In this document: positions 1 through 11,433 of the stretch, in pieces
Layout of the letters: each line of letters begins with the position of its first letter
How positions within the stretch are numbered: the stretch's first letter is position 1
Assembly (NCBI RefSeq): GCF_001194135.2
Contig: NC_068983.1
Location: 15,012,809 to 15,076,808 of the forward strand
Direction: 5' to 3'
DNA: 64,000 bases
DNA from: Octopus bimaculoides
Taxonomy: Eukaryota
Made by a program: the position numbers and the translations under genes
Notes under the pieces: model-generated
The model's input: the letters and a program-made list of their open reading frames with translations, nothing else
Databases searched by the model: none
What the model was told of the DNA's origin: nothing

Positions 1-96
1 TATTATTCTCAAAGACTTTTGATAAACTTTTTCTAAAAAGTGAAACCGGTTAAGTAAATAAATATTTTTTAAAAATAAGTGCATTTTCAAACTTTC

Positions 97-144
<48 letters not shown>

Positions 145-659
145 ACACGTCTCTCAGGTTGGTGAACATGTTTATGTGATAGCATACATATGTTTGGTTT
201 GCGTATCATGTGTAAGTGTAGCATTGTCAAGGAAGAGAAGGAGAATAAGAAAGAAGACATTTTGAAATAGATAAAACCATAGAAATGTTCTCTTACACAC
301 AGATTTAGCAGAAACATACCGACGTCATCACAAATTACGACTTAAAAATATAGAGCACAAATTTCGACTGAAATTTTTTAAAAGCAGTGACAGAAAAAGG
401 AAGTGCGTATATATATTTTTTATGTATTGTTAAGATCTTATGATAAAATATATTTATTGCTTGCACCAGAAGTTTCACTATCAGAGCCAGACGTAGCAAG
501 TGCAAAAATCTAATACCTTAAGTTAAGTAAACACAACGCAAGAGAACACTTCGCGATATGCCGTGTGTGAAACTACTTTAGATAATAATAATTTATGTAA
601 TTATATATTTTATCTTGGACTCCAGTAAAAATTCGTTTGTTATTAAGGAGAGAAACGGA

Positions 660-724
660 AGATAATAATGATGACGATGATGGTGATGTTGATGATGATG
701 ATGATGAAGATGATGATGATGATG

Positions 725-783
<59 letters not shown>

Positions 784-790
784 AATAATA
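660..790. repeat. Compound (GAT)n/(AAT)n microsatellite
   Basis: Directly visible trinucleotide runs; forms the left flank of the R4-like insertion. Confidence 0.95.
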
Positions 791-1410
791 ATCACTTTTA
801 ATCATCCACAGCCATCTTTTTTCTCTGTCTGTCTTATCTTCAACATCCCTACGAAATTATCCATTATTTCTTTGTCAAGTCCATCCTTGTTGCAAAGTGT
901 CCAACGGACAATCCTTGCTATATTGTCAAGACGTCTCATATTCTTTCTGGGCTAGCAGCGTACATTCATTCATTCTCAAGTCCTTCTACAGTGCGTTATC
1001 TTTCCAACCTTCTATCCTACACAAGCCTGACCTCCTTACTTCCAATAATAGCGGTTCTGTGGAACTTTCTACATACCATACTATGTTGGTTTCTTTTGCT
1101 CTAATGCTGTGTTCGCATCCAATCAGTCCTCGTCCCCTCTTTTTCTTGGTACATACAACCTGTCTGTGTCATCTTTAGGGTGGAGTATCCCATATCTAGT
1201 CAACAACTTCATTGTCTTTCTGTATAAGATGTATAGTTCGTCTACTGTCTATGCGATTACCCCTGCTCAATATCTATAGAGTGAAACCTATAGATGTTGA
1301 TACCTTCAATCTTATTCCGTCTGTTTAATTTCGACTTAAGGATCAGTCTCAATCTGCGCAATTACTCTACCTTAAATTTTTCAATCGTTTCTTTCTCCAT
1401 CAATTTATCC
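791..1410 (-). mobile_element. R4/Dong-like non-LTR retrotransposon, inverted 5' segment (end of RT/thumb region), decayed
   Basis: Manual translation across frameshifts gives LRRLRLILKSKLN...LHPKDDTDRLYVPRK(RG)GRGLIGCEHSIR...DVEDKTDREKRWLWMIKSD. RLYxPRxxGGRGL is characteristic of R4/Dong-type REL elements. Confidence 0.8.
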
Positions 1411-1781
1411 AAAAAGATGGCTATGGATGACTAAAAGAGATTTAAAACCGGAAACGGAGGCTTTAATCTGTGCTGCCCAAGAGCAAACATTAAGAACCAA
1501 TTACATCAAATACAGAATAAAAAAAAACACATCAGAAAGTGGAGAATTTGTGGACAAACTGGTGAAACTTTATGGCATATTACCAGTCAATGTACGCCAC
1601 TAACCCAGAATGAATATGAGAGGTCTTGACAATATAGTAAGGATTGTCCATTGGACACTTTGCAACAAGGATGGACTTGACAAAGTAAAAAAGTGGTACA
1701 AACATAAACTCGAAGACATCATCGAAAAGGATGATCTCCAGCGTTAGAAGCTGTGCAAAGACAATAATAATAATAATAATG

Positions 1782-1841
<60 letters not shown>

Positions 1842-2290
1842 TTCATACGGGAATTCCAATTCAAATGGACAAGAAGTTAGAAAATTTCCTATTCAAACGA
1901 ACAAAAAGTTGGAAAATGATAGTCCGGACATAACAATTATAGATAAGGAAAAGTTAATTGCTCCACGCATCATGCTTTTTGATTCCAGGATCGTCAAAAG
2001 CAAATACAATCCCTTAAAACTTGAAACAGGAAGAATTTGGAGTATGAGAACTGTAAAGGTCGTGTCTATGATAATTGGTGCGTTGGGAACAATATGTCAA
2101 GATATAGACAAATAGCTGAAAGAGATTGGAATAGAATGCCTGGTGGAGCTCCTACAGACAGTTTGTCTCTTAGGGACAGCAAGTAGGGTTCTAAACACTT
2201 GAAAGACAGCTGAAAACTTGCGGATAGCTTAGGTTACAGGTAGTAAACCGCTACCCACATAAATCCAAAGTGGAATAAGACTGAACCTAA
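1411..2290 (+). mobile_element. R4/Dong-like retrotransposon 3' segment: CCHC zinc knuckle, REL endonuclease and 3' UTR, decayed
   Basis: KRWLWMTKRDLKPETEALICAAQEQTLRTNYIKYRI; (C)RICGQTGETLWHITSQC (CCHC-like); PDITIIDKEK...KYNPLKLETGRIWSMRTVKVVSMIIGALG (PD..D REL nuclease). Interrupted by (AAT)n at 1763-1839 and ends in AAT repeats. Confidence 0.85.
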
Positions 2291-2327
2291 AATAATAATA
2301 ACAATGATGATGATGATGATGATGACT

Positions 2328-2435
2328 TCAAATTTTGGCACAATGCCAGCAGGGGAGATGTTTAATCGATTCCATCGACCCCCAATATACCACTGGCATT
2401 TATTTTATCGACCCCGAAAGAATGAAATGCATAGT
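2328..2435 (-). mobile_element. SINE family B, 3' fragment
   Basis: Reverse complement matches the family B core and tail (ttcggggtcgataaaataa...ttgtgccaaaatttga). Confidence 0.65.
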
Positions 2436-2993
2436 CATCATCATCCTCATCATCAAGTCAAATACAAAGTGATTGTTTCTTTCGCACTATGTTATGTAAT
2501 TAATATATTCTGTTTAATTCCGTGCTTTAGGTGGTTTCTTGTGAGAGGGCTGTGATTCTGACACAAACAAGTATTTTACAGTCTTAGTTTTGAGCTATTT
2601 GCTTTGCAAATCCTGTTGTTTGTTTACATTCTCTATCTTGCTTTGCTTCGTTTAATTTTTAATCAATGTCAGACTTTTCTTAAAATCATTTATTATAACA
2701 TCCTTGAGTCTCATTTCAACGTAATGTCTACTATTTTAAAATTCCTGTCATATCTGTCTTCTTTATCACGTAGAATCGAAATAACCGTTCTACATGCTCT
2801 GTTTCAGTGGCAGAATATTTCCCACTTGTGGAGTTACGTAATGCAGCTGACCTGGCTCTCAGTTAGGTACATCAGGAGGGCTGCAGTACCACACTCTCTC
2901 TCTCTCTTACTTTCTCTGCCTTTGTCTCTGTCTCTGACGGGAGCTTAAATAATCTAGCAGTTGTGAAATACACACACACACATACACACATAC

Positions 2994-3150
2994 GAGTGGC
3001 TGTATGGTAAGCAGCTTGCTTACCAGACACATGGTTCCGGGTTCAGTCCCACTGCGTGGCACCTTGGGCAGGTGTCTTCTACTATAGCCTCGGGCCGACC
3101 AAAGCCTTGTGAGTGGATTTGGTAGACGGAAACTGAAAGAAGCCCGTCGT
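2994..3150 (+). mobile_element. tRNA-derived SINE family A, 5' half
   Basis: gagtggctgtatggtaag (A box), ggttcagtccc (B box), accttgggca core, ending at ctgaaagaagcccgtcgt before (TA)n and a gap. Confidence 0.9.
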
Positions 3151-3151
3151 A

Positions 3152-3182
<31 letters not shown>

Positions 3183-4019
3183 NNNNNNNNNNNNNNNNNN
3201 NNNNNNNNNNNNNNNNNNNNNNNNNNNNNNNNNNNNNNNNNNNNNNNNNNNNNNNNNNNNNNNNNNNNNNNNNNNNNNNNNNNNNNNNNNNNNNNNNNNN
3301 NNNNNNNNNNNNNNNNNNNNNNNNNNNNNNNNNNNNNNNNNNNNNNNNNNNNNNNNNNNNNNNNNNNNNNNNNNNNNNNNNNNNNNNNNNNNNNNNNNNN
3401 NNNNNNNNNNNNNNNNNNNNNNNNNNNNNNNNNNNNNNNNNNNNNNNNNNNNNNNNNNNNNNNNNNNNNNNNNNNNNNNNNNNNNNNNNNNNNNNNNNNN
3501 NNNNNNNNNNNNNNNNNNNNNNNNNNNNNNNNNNNNNNNNNNNNNNNNNNNNNNNNNNNNNNNNNNNNNNNNNNNNNNNNNNNNNNNNNNNNNNNNNNNN
3601 NNNNNNNNNNNNNNNNNNNNNNNNNNNNNNNNNNNNNNNNNNNNNNNNNNNNNNNNNNNNNNNNNNNNNNNNNNNNNNNNNNNNNNNNNNNNNNNNNNNN
3701 NNNNNNNNNNNNNNNNNNNNNNNNNNNNNNNNNNNNNNNNNNNNNNNNNNNNNNNNNNNNNNNNNNNNNNNNNNNNNNNNNNNNNNNNNNNNNNNNNNNN
3801 NNNNNNNNNNNNNNNNNNNNNNNNNNNNNNNNNNNNNNNNNNNNNNNNNNNNNNNNNNNNNNNNNNNNNNNNNNNNNNNNNNNNNNNNNNNNNNNNNNNN
3901 NNNNNNNNNNNNNNNNNNNNNNNNNNNNNNNNNNNNNNNNNNNNNNNNNNNNNNNNNNNNNNNNNNNNNNNNNNNNNNNNNNNNNNNNNNNNNNNNNNNN
4001 NNNNNNNNNNNNNNNNNNN

Positions 4020-4080
<61 letters not shown>

Positions 4081-4089
4081 CACACACAC

Positions 4090-4210
4090 CTTTCGTCGAC
4101 CAACTTCAGTCGAGGTCATAGTAGAAGACACTTGTCCAGGGTACCATGCAGTGGGACTGAACGCGATACCACAGGTTGCAAATTTATTAGCCACACAACC
4201 ACATCTGCGC
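4090..4210 (-). mobile_element. SINE family A, diverged 5' fragment
   Basis: Reverse complement matches the head and core of the 2994 copy. Confidence 0.75.
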
Positions 4211-5000
4211 TCTCTCTTTCCCTCTCTCCGTGTTTCTCTTTGTCTGTCTCTCTCTCACTCTCCTTCTCTGTGTGTGTATATGTATGTAGGTATTACGTAG
4301 GTGTGATGTATGTATAGAGTGAAAGAGAGAGAGACAGAGAGTGAGAGATTAATAAATAGATGCATGCACCTTACACACGCATGCACATACGTGCACACGT
4401 AGATACACAAACAAACACAGTACACAAAATACACAAACCTTCTCCAACCTTATTACTACAATACAGATGTTTCGGAATATTTTAAGAGTAAAGTGTTAGC
4501 GTCTTGGATCTTAGTTCTTGATTTCGTGTTTGTACTCTGTGACAGGAATTAGGAATTTTCATTAATCGTGGCTTTTAAGCCATTTTTGCCGGAACACGTT
4601 GCGAATGCAACATATTATAAGATAGAATTAAGCTTTGACAGCTTGTCACAGATCTCGGTGAGTTTCACCTGTATTGTGTCAATTAGATAGGAAGGCTGGG
4701 AGAACAGGATGAAAATGATTGAAAAAAAATCCTTCTTTTCCAAGAGTAAACCATCATATTCTGTACATTTAGTAAAGATTTCCAGAAAATAAAAGCAGTG
4801 ATATAGCAGATATAGTGGAAGACAGAATCAGAGAAACAACGAAACGGTACTGACTGAATTGGTCTTACAGAATTCTGTCTAATATTTAGCTATATCACGC
4901 AACATTCTCAGTTCGAGTTGGAAAGGAAGCTTCTTACCACATAGTCACACACAAATACACACACACATACAATCACACACGTATACACTTACAAACACAA

Positions 5001-5040
<40 letters not shown>

Positions 5041-5426
5041 TCTTCCTTCTGCTGGCCTTGCTTCTCCCCTTCACTGCTATATCTCTCTCTTACTCTTCCT
5101 CCCTGTCTCTCGTCGCTCACCTATGTACAACTTCCTCCCTTGTCTCTTTCTACCACTCCTCGTTGACCACACGTGACCTGTGGTTACCTCTTCCTTTCTC
5201 CATTCGGCCAGCGTAAAGGCAACACTAACTGCTATCTCTCTCTCTGCTCAAATTGGTCAAATTACAGCGTCCGGTATCTCATCTCGTTCCGTCTAACGGT
5301 CCTCAACGTTTGTTTCACTGTTTAGTTTTCCCATTCTTGGTCCCTATCTTGGTTTCTGTTTGCCACTTTGAAACTCTCTGCATAGCAGGATTTGCTTTGA
5401 GGGAAAAGCTATTCGAAGAGCGCGGT

Positions 5427-5695
5427 CTGCCTCATCTTCGAAACGCCTCGCTTAGAATAGAGGCAGCTGATGAAAAAAAATTCCATATGCGGCTTATCTG
5501 TTTTCCTATGTGTTCATTCTGTTGTTTGTAAAAACAGTTCGTTTTTTGTCCTTTGTTATGCTCCCGTTCCTTTTTTTGTCCACGTTTTTTGACGTCCTGT
5601 ACCCGGATATGCATCCATATATACATGTAGATGTAGGTATGTACATATATGTATATATGCATATGCTCACATATCATTTGTATTATTATTATTAC
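5427..5695 (+). repeat. Dispersed repeat family P1 (about 270 bp), copy 1; possibly Penelope-associated
   Basis: Alignable with 27319-27605 and 29485-29765 (tcttcgaaacgc...tagaatagnggcagctgatgaa...gacgtcctgtacccggatatgcatc...catatcatttgtatt). Confidence 0.8.
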
Positions 5696-5733
<38 letters not shown>

Positions 5734-6064
5734 NNNNNNNNNNNNNNNNNNNNNNNNNNNNNNNNNNNNNNNNNNNNNNNNNNNNNNNNNNNNNNNNNNN
5801 NNNNNNNNNNNNNNNNNNNNNNNNNNNNNNNNNNNNNNNNNNNNNNNNNNNNNNNNNNNNNNNNNNNNNNNNNNNNNNNNNNNNNNNNNNNNNNNNNNNN
5901 NNNNNNNNNNNNNNNNNNNNNNNNNNNNNNNNNNNNNNNNNNNNNNNNNNNNNNNNNNNNNNNNNNNNNNNTATATATATATATATATATATATATGCAC
6001 CTTTCGTTGACCAACGTCACTCATAAGGCATTGTTCATCTCTTTCAGCTCGATAATTTTCTTTT

Positions 6065-6580
6065 TAATTTTTGCACAAGGCCAGTAATTTTCAGAGGTGG
6101 GGCATTAGTCCATCACATAATCCCTAGTGCTCAACTGGTACTTATTTATCTATTTCGAAGCCATGAAAGGCAAAGTCGATCTCAGCGGAATTGGAACTCT
6201 GAACAGAGATAGTCGGAAGAAATATCGCTAGAATTTTGCTCTGCGCAATAACGACTCTGTCAGATCACCATCTTTGTACTCAGAATGTAAAGACTGATGA
6301 TATGCCGATAAGCATTTTCTCCGGCGTGCTAACGATTCTGCCAGCTTCCCACCTTAACATAGAAATAAAAAACCTGGTTTCAAATTTTGGCACAAGTTCA
6401 GCAAGTCCGGGAGTGCGTAAGTCGATTACATCGACCCCAGTGCTCAAATTGTTTTTTATTATAACGGCACCGAAAGAATGAAAAAGTAAAGCCAACCTCG
6501 GTGGAATTTGAACGCTAGACCTAAACCCTGACGAAATATCCCAAGCATTTTTCCCCGAAGGTGCTAACTCACCGCCTTCA
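6065..6580 (-). mobile_element. Three tandem SINE family B copies (6065-6270, 5' piece 6280-6358, 6378-6580)
   Basis: Each reverse complement carries the ggcggnnagctggcagaatcgttagc head. The two longer copies also carry the gttcaaattccg B box and ctttgcctttcatc core. Confidence 0.7.
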
Positions 6581-7122
6581 TAGTAGTTAGCGTATTAAAT
6601 AACACATTATTTCTGTGTACTGTAAGGAATAATCTTTAATTCTACAACATTTTATTGTGCTTGGTGTTCGCGATCTCTTATTTATTTTTCTTCTTTCCTT
6701 GGAAACGTAACAAACACGAGAAAGAAATAGCACTTGCAAAATTGATTCCATGCAATGTGGAATCAATGAAAGAATGCTGCTGTAGTGTGACAAACTATTC
6801 ATGCCGAATCGATCAGCCGCTAATGAATTAATTAATTGATTAGGTAACAATAAAACTGAAATAAACTATAATCAGTGCGTTTGTTTATTTGGCCAACTGA
6901 CCCTCCCAGTGTAAAACGATATGTGTTTCGAAGCACAGTCCCATCAAAGTCATATGTAATTTTCAAACGAAATTCTTATGCATTTGTGTTAGAAGTACAA
7001 CGACATTCTATTTTCGGTAAATATCTTGGTTTCCTTTCATATCATTTAGCTATTGGTTTGTCACATGGGGTGTATTGTCACCCCCAATTTTTTTAATAAT
7101 TACTCGTAATTTCTAGTTGACA

Positions 7123-7123
<1 letters not shown>

Positions 7124-7153
<30 letters not shown>

Positions 7154-7251
7154 CTTCTTCTTCTTCTTCTTCATTATTATTATTATTATTATCATTATTC
7201 TTCTTCTTATTATTATCATTATCATTACTATTACTACTACTGCTGCTGCTG

Positions 7252-7284
<33 letters not shown>

Positions 7285-7299
7285 TTACTGCTGCTGCTG

Positions 7300-7343
<44 letters not shown>

Positions 7344-7353
7344 GCTGCTGCTG

Positions 7354-7400
<47 letters not shown>

Positions 7401-7422
7401 GCTGCTGCTGCCACTGCTACTG

Positions 7423-7490
<68 letters not shown>

Positions 7491-7526
7491 GCTACTATTA
7501 TTATTGTTATTATTATTATTATTATT
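7124..7526. repeat. Compound trinucleotide array (CTT)-(ATT)-(ACT/GCT/GCC)-(ATT) with a higher-order unit
   Basis: Direct reading; (gct)n-gcc-(act)n recurs three times at roughly 55 bp spacing. Confidence 0.95.
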
Positions 7527-8104
7527 GGCTCCCTTCCTCTACTCTTCTGGCTCATTGAGGGTTGGTTGCAGGTGGTGTGGCGCAGTCGTGACTCAGTTGT
7601 CGTGGGAGGTAGACGTCGTTTTTGTCTAGTTTACTCCATGTGATTAATGCAGTTCAAGTTTTGATTTAATGCATATTGTAATGGCGAATGCATGTTATGT
7701 TATTTCCGAATGATATTAAAAAATTCCACAAAATGGTGTTTTCTCAAGAAATGTAATCTCAGTTTAGGATTTTTTTAGTTCTTCCTTGATTTTATAATTT
7801 ATTTTCTTGTATTGTTTTATGTTAATATCAATCAGCTACAAGGGTTTCAAACTTTTCACCAGTGATTGTAGATATATCCCGAACTAACAGGATGAGTATA
7901 TTTTACATAATACTAAAGGTACAAACATTTTTGTATTGGGGTGTGTAAACACCCCGTGTTCGAAAAAGTGAGGTGACTAAGGAAGAGTTAAATAGTCTTT
8001 TTTTTTTTTGTCATGTTAATTAATTAACAACAAAATACTCACCATTTTGCAACCACTTTTTATGGTATTCGCCATTAGTCACCTCTGTTGCATATACATG
8101 ACCC

Positions 8105-8325
8105 AGCGATGAACTAACATGATCGTTAACGCGTCGGCGAAAATGCATGCAAGTATTATTTCATCAGCGTTTTTACGTTCCGAGTTCATTTCCCGCTGAA
8201 GTCAGTTTGTCTTCAATCTATTCGTGGTCGACAAATAAAGTACTAATTGAGCATTGGGGTCGGTGTGATCGACTGCAACCGCCTCAAAAAATTTCAAGCC
8301 TTTTTTCTTATATTAGAAAAGATTC
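8105..8325 (+). mobile_element. SINE family B, diverged full copy with (ATT)n tail
   Basis: Head gatcgttaacgc, B-box-like gagttcattt, core gtggtcgacaaataaagtac, followed by (ATT)n. Confidence 0.75.
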
Positions 8326-8329
8326 GTGC

Positions 8330-8384
<55 letters not shown>

Positions 8385-8390
8385 ATTATT

Positions 8391-8607
8391 GTTCAGTAGT
8401 TTTATTTTTATAACGTGATTTCACTTCACTACCGAGCGCAGCTCTGTGTGCCTTGGGTATGTGCTGTGGTTTGCTGTGATGCTCTTATGGTTACTGTATT
8501 GAAAGTGTTTTGCGTAGGATGTGTGCAGTGCCCAGTAGTGCAATTTTCTGTATGTTATATATATTTGTAAGTCCTGGTATTTTTGTTATGTATTTGTCTG
8601 AATATTT
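8391..8607 (-). mobile_element. R4/Dong-like 5'-truncated 3' end inserted in (TAA)n
   Basis: KYSDKYITKIPGLTNIYNIQKIALLGTAHILRKTLSIQ* plus a 3' UTR nearly identical to 9611-9830; ATT repeats on both sides. Confidence 0.85.
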
Positions 8608-8870
8608 TATTATTATTACTTCCACCTTAGTGAAGTCGATCTTGCACCGATCTTTTTCAGCCATGTTGGTAGTTGAGTACTGATACTTCATAGTGCACCA
8701 ATTTCTTGAAAGTATCACCACTCAACTACCAGCGTGGCTGAAAAAATGTCGGTGCCAGTGTGAAAGTAGAACATATTGTTTTGATTCTTGCTGTTCTATT
8801 TGCGGTTGTTCTTTACTTGAAAGCCGGCAATAACAAATCACCAAAGGTTTCAAGTAGTACTTTCTCCTAT

Positions 8871-9085
8871 GGGACGAAGTAGCAGAAATGTTCGCACGCC
8901 GGGCAAAATGCTTACCGGCATTTCGTTCCTTTTTACTTTCTGAATTCAAATTCCTCCGCGATCAGCTTTACCGTTCATCCTTTCGAGGTCAATAAAATAA
9001 GTACCGTGGAGTACCGTTGAGTTGTAATCTACTCATCCCATCTTCCTAAATTGCTGGCCTTGTGCCAAAATTTGAAACGATATTA
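8871..9085 (+). mobile_element. SINE family B copy
   Basis: gcacgccgggcaaaatgctta...gaattcaaattcc...ttcatcctttcgaggtcaataaaataagtacc...ttgctggccttgtgccaaaatttgaa. Confidence 0.85.
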
Positions 9086-9095
9086 TCAATAATAT

Positions 9096-9318
9096 TAAGG
9101 CGGTAGTGGGCAGAATCATTAGCAGTAGCGGCAAAATGCTTAGCAGCATTTCATTCGTCTTTACGTTCTGGGTTTCAATTTCACCGAGGTCATCTTTACT
9201 TTTAATCCTTTCTGGGTCGATAAATTAAGTATCAGTGGAACACCGGGGTCTATCTAATCGACTAGTTACCTCCGCACAAATTTCAGGTCATCTGCTGTTT
9301 GTAGAAAGGAGTATTATT
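9096..9318 (+). mobile_element. SINE family B copy
   Basis: taaggcggtagtgggcagaatcattagc head; atcctttctgggtcgataaattaagt core; gtagaaagga-tattatt tail. Confidence 0.85.
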
Positions 9319-9423
9319 GAGTGAGAGAGCAACGCATACCATCAAAGTGACAGTGGGGTTCAAATATACAAAACCCAATATACCAGTCATGACGACTCGT
9401 CTGATAATGATTATTATTATTAT

Positions 9424-9610
9424 GGTAAGCTGGCAGAATCGTTAGCACGCTGGACGAAATACTTAACGGTATTTCTGCTGTCGCTACGTTCTGTGTTCAA
9501 ATTCTGCGGAGGTCGACTTTGCCTTTCAGCGGGGGTTGATGTAATCGACTTACCGCTTCCTCTCAAATTTCAAGCCGTGTCTATAGTAGAAAGGATTATT
9601 ATTATTATTA
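9424..9610 (+). mobile_element. SINE family B copy with internal deletion and (ATT)n tail
   Basis: agctggcagaatcgttagcacgc head, gttcaaattc B box, gtcgactttgcctttca core, tagtagaaaggattattatt tail. Confidence 0.85.
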
Positions 9611-10118
9611 TTCAGTAGTTTTAGTTTTATAACGTGCTTTCACTTCACTACCGAGCGCAGCTCTGTGTGCCTTGGGTATGTGATGTGGTTTGCTGTGATG
9701 CTCTTATGGTTATTGTATTGACAGTGTTTTGCGTAGGAGGTGTGCAGTGCCCAGTAGTGCAATTTTCTGTATGTTTTATATACTTGTAAGTCTTGGTGTT
9801 TTTGTTATGTATTTGTCTAAATATTTTTTTTATCATACCTAATGCACCTACTATGATAGGAATTGTTTCTGTTTTTAGATTCCACATTCGAGTTACCTCT
9901 ATTTCCAGGTCTTTGTATTTTGGAAGTTTCTCCACTTCTTTTAGGGAAACATTGTCATCTGCTGGTATTGATTCATCAATTAGAAAACATTTTCTTTTCT
10001 TCATGATCTCTGACAACTATATCCGGCTTATTGGCCTTAATTTCTCTATCTGTGTGTATTGGCATATCCCAGAGTATGGTTGCTTTCTCGTTTTCTGCGA
10101 CCTTTTCTGGCGTGTGCC
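9611..10118 (-). mobile_element. R4/Dong-like 3' fragment with REL endonuclease, frameshifted
   Basis: HTPEKVAENEKATILWDMPIHTDREIKANKPDIVVRDH.KKRKCFLIDESIPADDNVSLKEVEKLPKYKDLEIEVTRMWNLKTETIPIIVGALG; ATT repeats on both sides. Confidence 0.9.
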
Positions 10119-10386
10119 TTATTATTATTATTATTGTTGTTGTTGTTATTTTATTATTATTATTTTATTATTATTATTATTTATTTTATTTTTTTCAAAC
10201 CTCTCCGTCTTACTTAATCTGGTTGATTCTGTGAGAGTGGACAGCAACCTATTGTCAGAGATCTCACAGGGTCTCTGTCTGCAAATTATAAGCTTTGGTT
10301 CCTAGATGTTAAATTATCGTGAAAGACACTCAACACCCAAGCACCAAACTCAAAATTATCATTATTAATATTATTATTATTATTAA

Positions 10387-10438
<52 letters not shown>

Positions 10439-11396
10439 GTTATTATTGTCGTTATTGTTATTCAACATGAAATTAAGTCTACGTAAATTAGAGATAATGT
10501 GTCGCTCCTACAATCCATTGTTGCCTGTAAAACTACAATACTCGGCCTCTACTAGCTAAAGTAATCTCCTTTGTTATGTATTTCCGAGCTAGACAGACTG
10601 CGACAAGTAAGATAAAAAGAAAAGAAAATTGCTTTAGGCTACAAAGATTGTTCTGTTATCAATAGAAAGTAACAACATATGAACAAAATGAGCACAACAT
10701 ATCCACGCGTCAATAATGATTCGACGAAGATTCATTAGAGAATAATTATCTAAAAGAATTACATTAAGCTGAACTCATTAACGAACCTTACACGTTACTA
10801 AAGAAATTGAATCGAACATTCTTTCTCTCGGTATTTTGTTATTTAATTTTCTTGGTGTTAAATTAGAATGTCTTTACAGACAAGAAGAACTAAGGCAAAG
10901 CGTAGATCACAACCAAAGAATAATAATGATGGTAAAACTTTCACGTCATTCCTCAAAACAAATAATATTTCAAAAACCAGATATTTAAAGATATCAAAGG
11001 AATTTGTTCTGAATTCTAAAAAGAATATATCTAAATCTATCTATCTCTATCTATCTAGCAACATATAAATATATATACAAATACATGTATATACTCACAG
11101 ACACACGAGCACGCGCGTGCACACAGACACGCACACATACACAAACACACACACACGCGCATATACATTCTTTTAGAAAATATAGACGGATAGAGAATAT
11201 ATATATACATATATATANNNNNNNNNNNNNNNNNNNNNNNNNNNNNNNNNNNNNNNNNNNNNNNNNNNNNNNNNNNNNNNNNNNNNNNNNNNNNNNNNNN
11301 NNNNNNNNNNNNNNNNNNNNNNNNNNNNNNNNNNNNNNNNNNNNNNNNNNNNNNNNNNNNNNNNNNNNNNNNNNNNNNNNNNNNNNNNNNNNNNNN

Positions 11397-11433
<37 letters not shown>

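Noticed and set aside
2907-4317. Long ORFs of 350-400 aa, and similar ones at other gaps
   Set aside because: They run through N-gaps and dinucleotide repeats; the X, IY, CV and HT runs are artefacts.
7060-7993. Possible piggyBac-like MITE around the compound microsatellite
   Set aside because: Only a loose ggggtg..cacccc inverted match, and a TTAA end on one side only.
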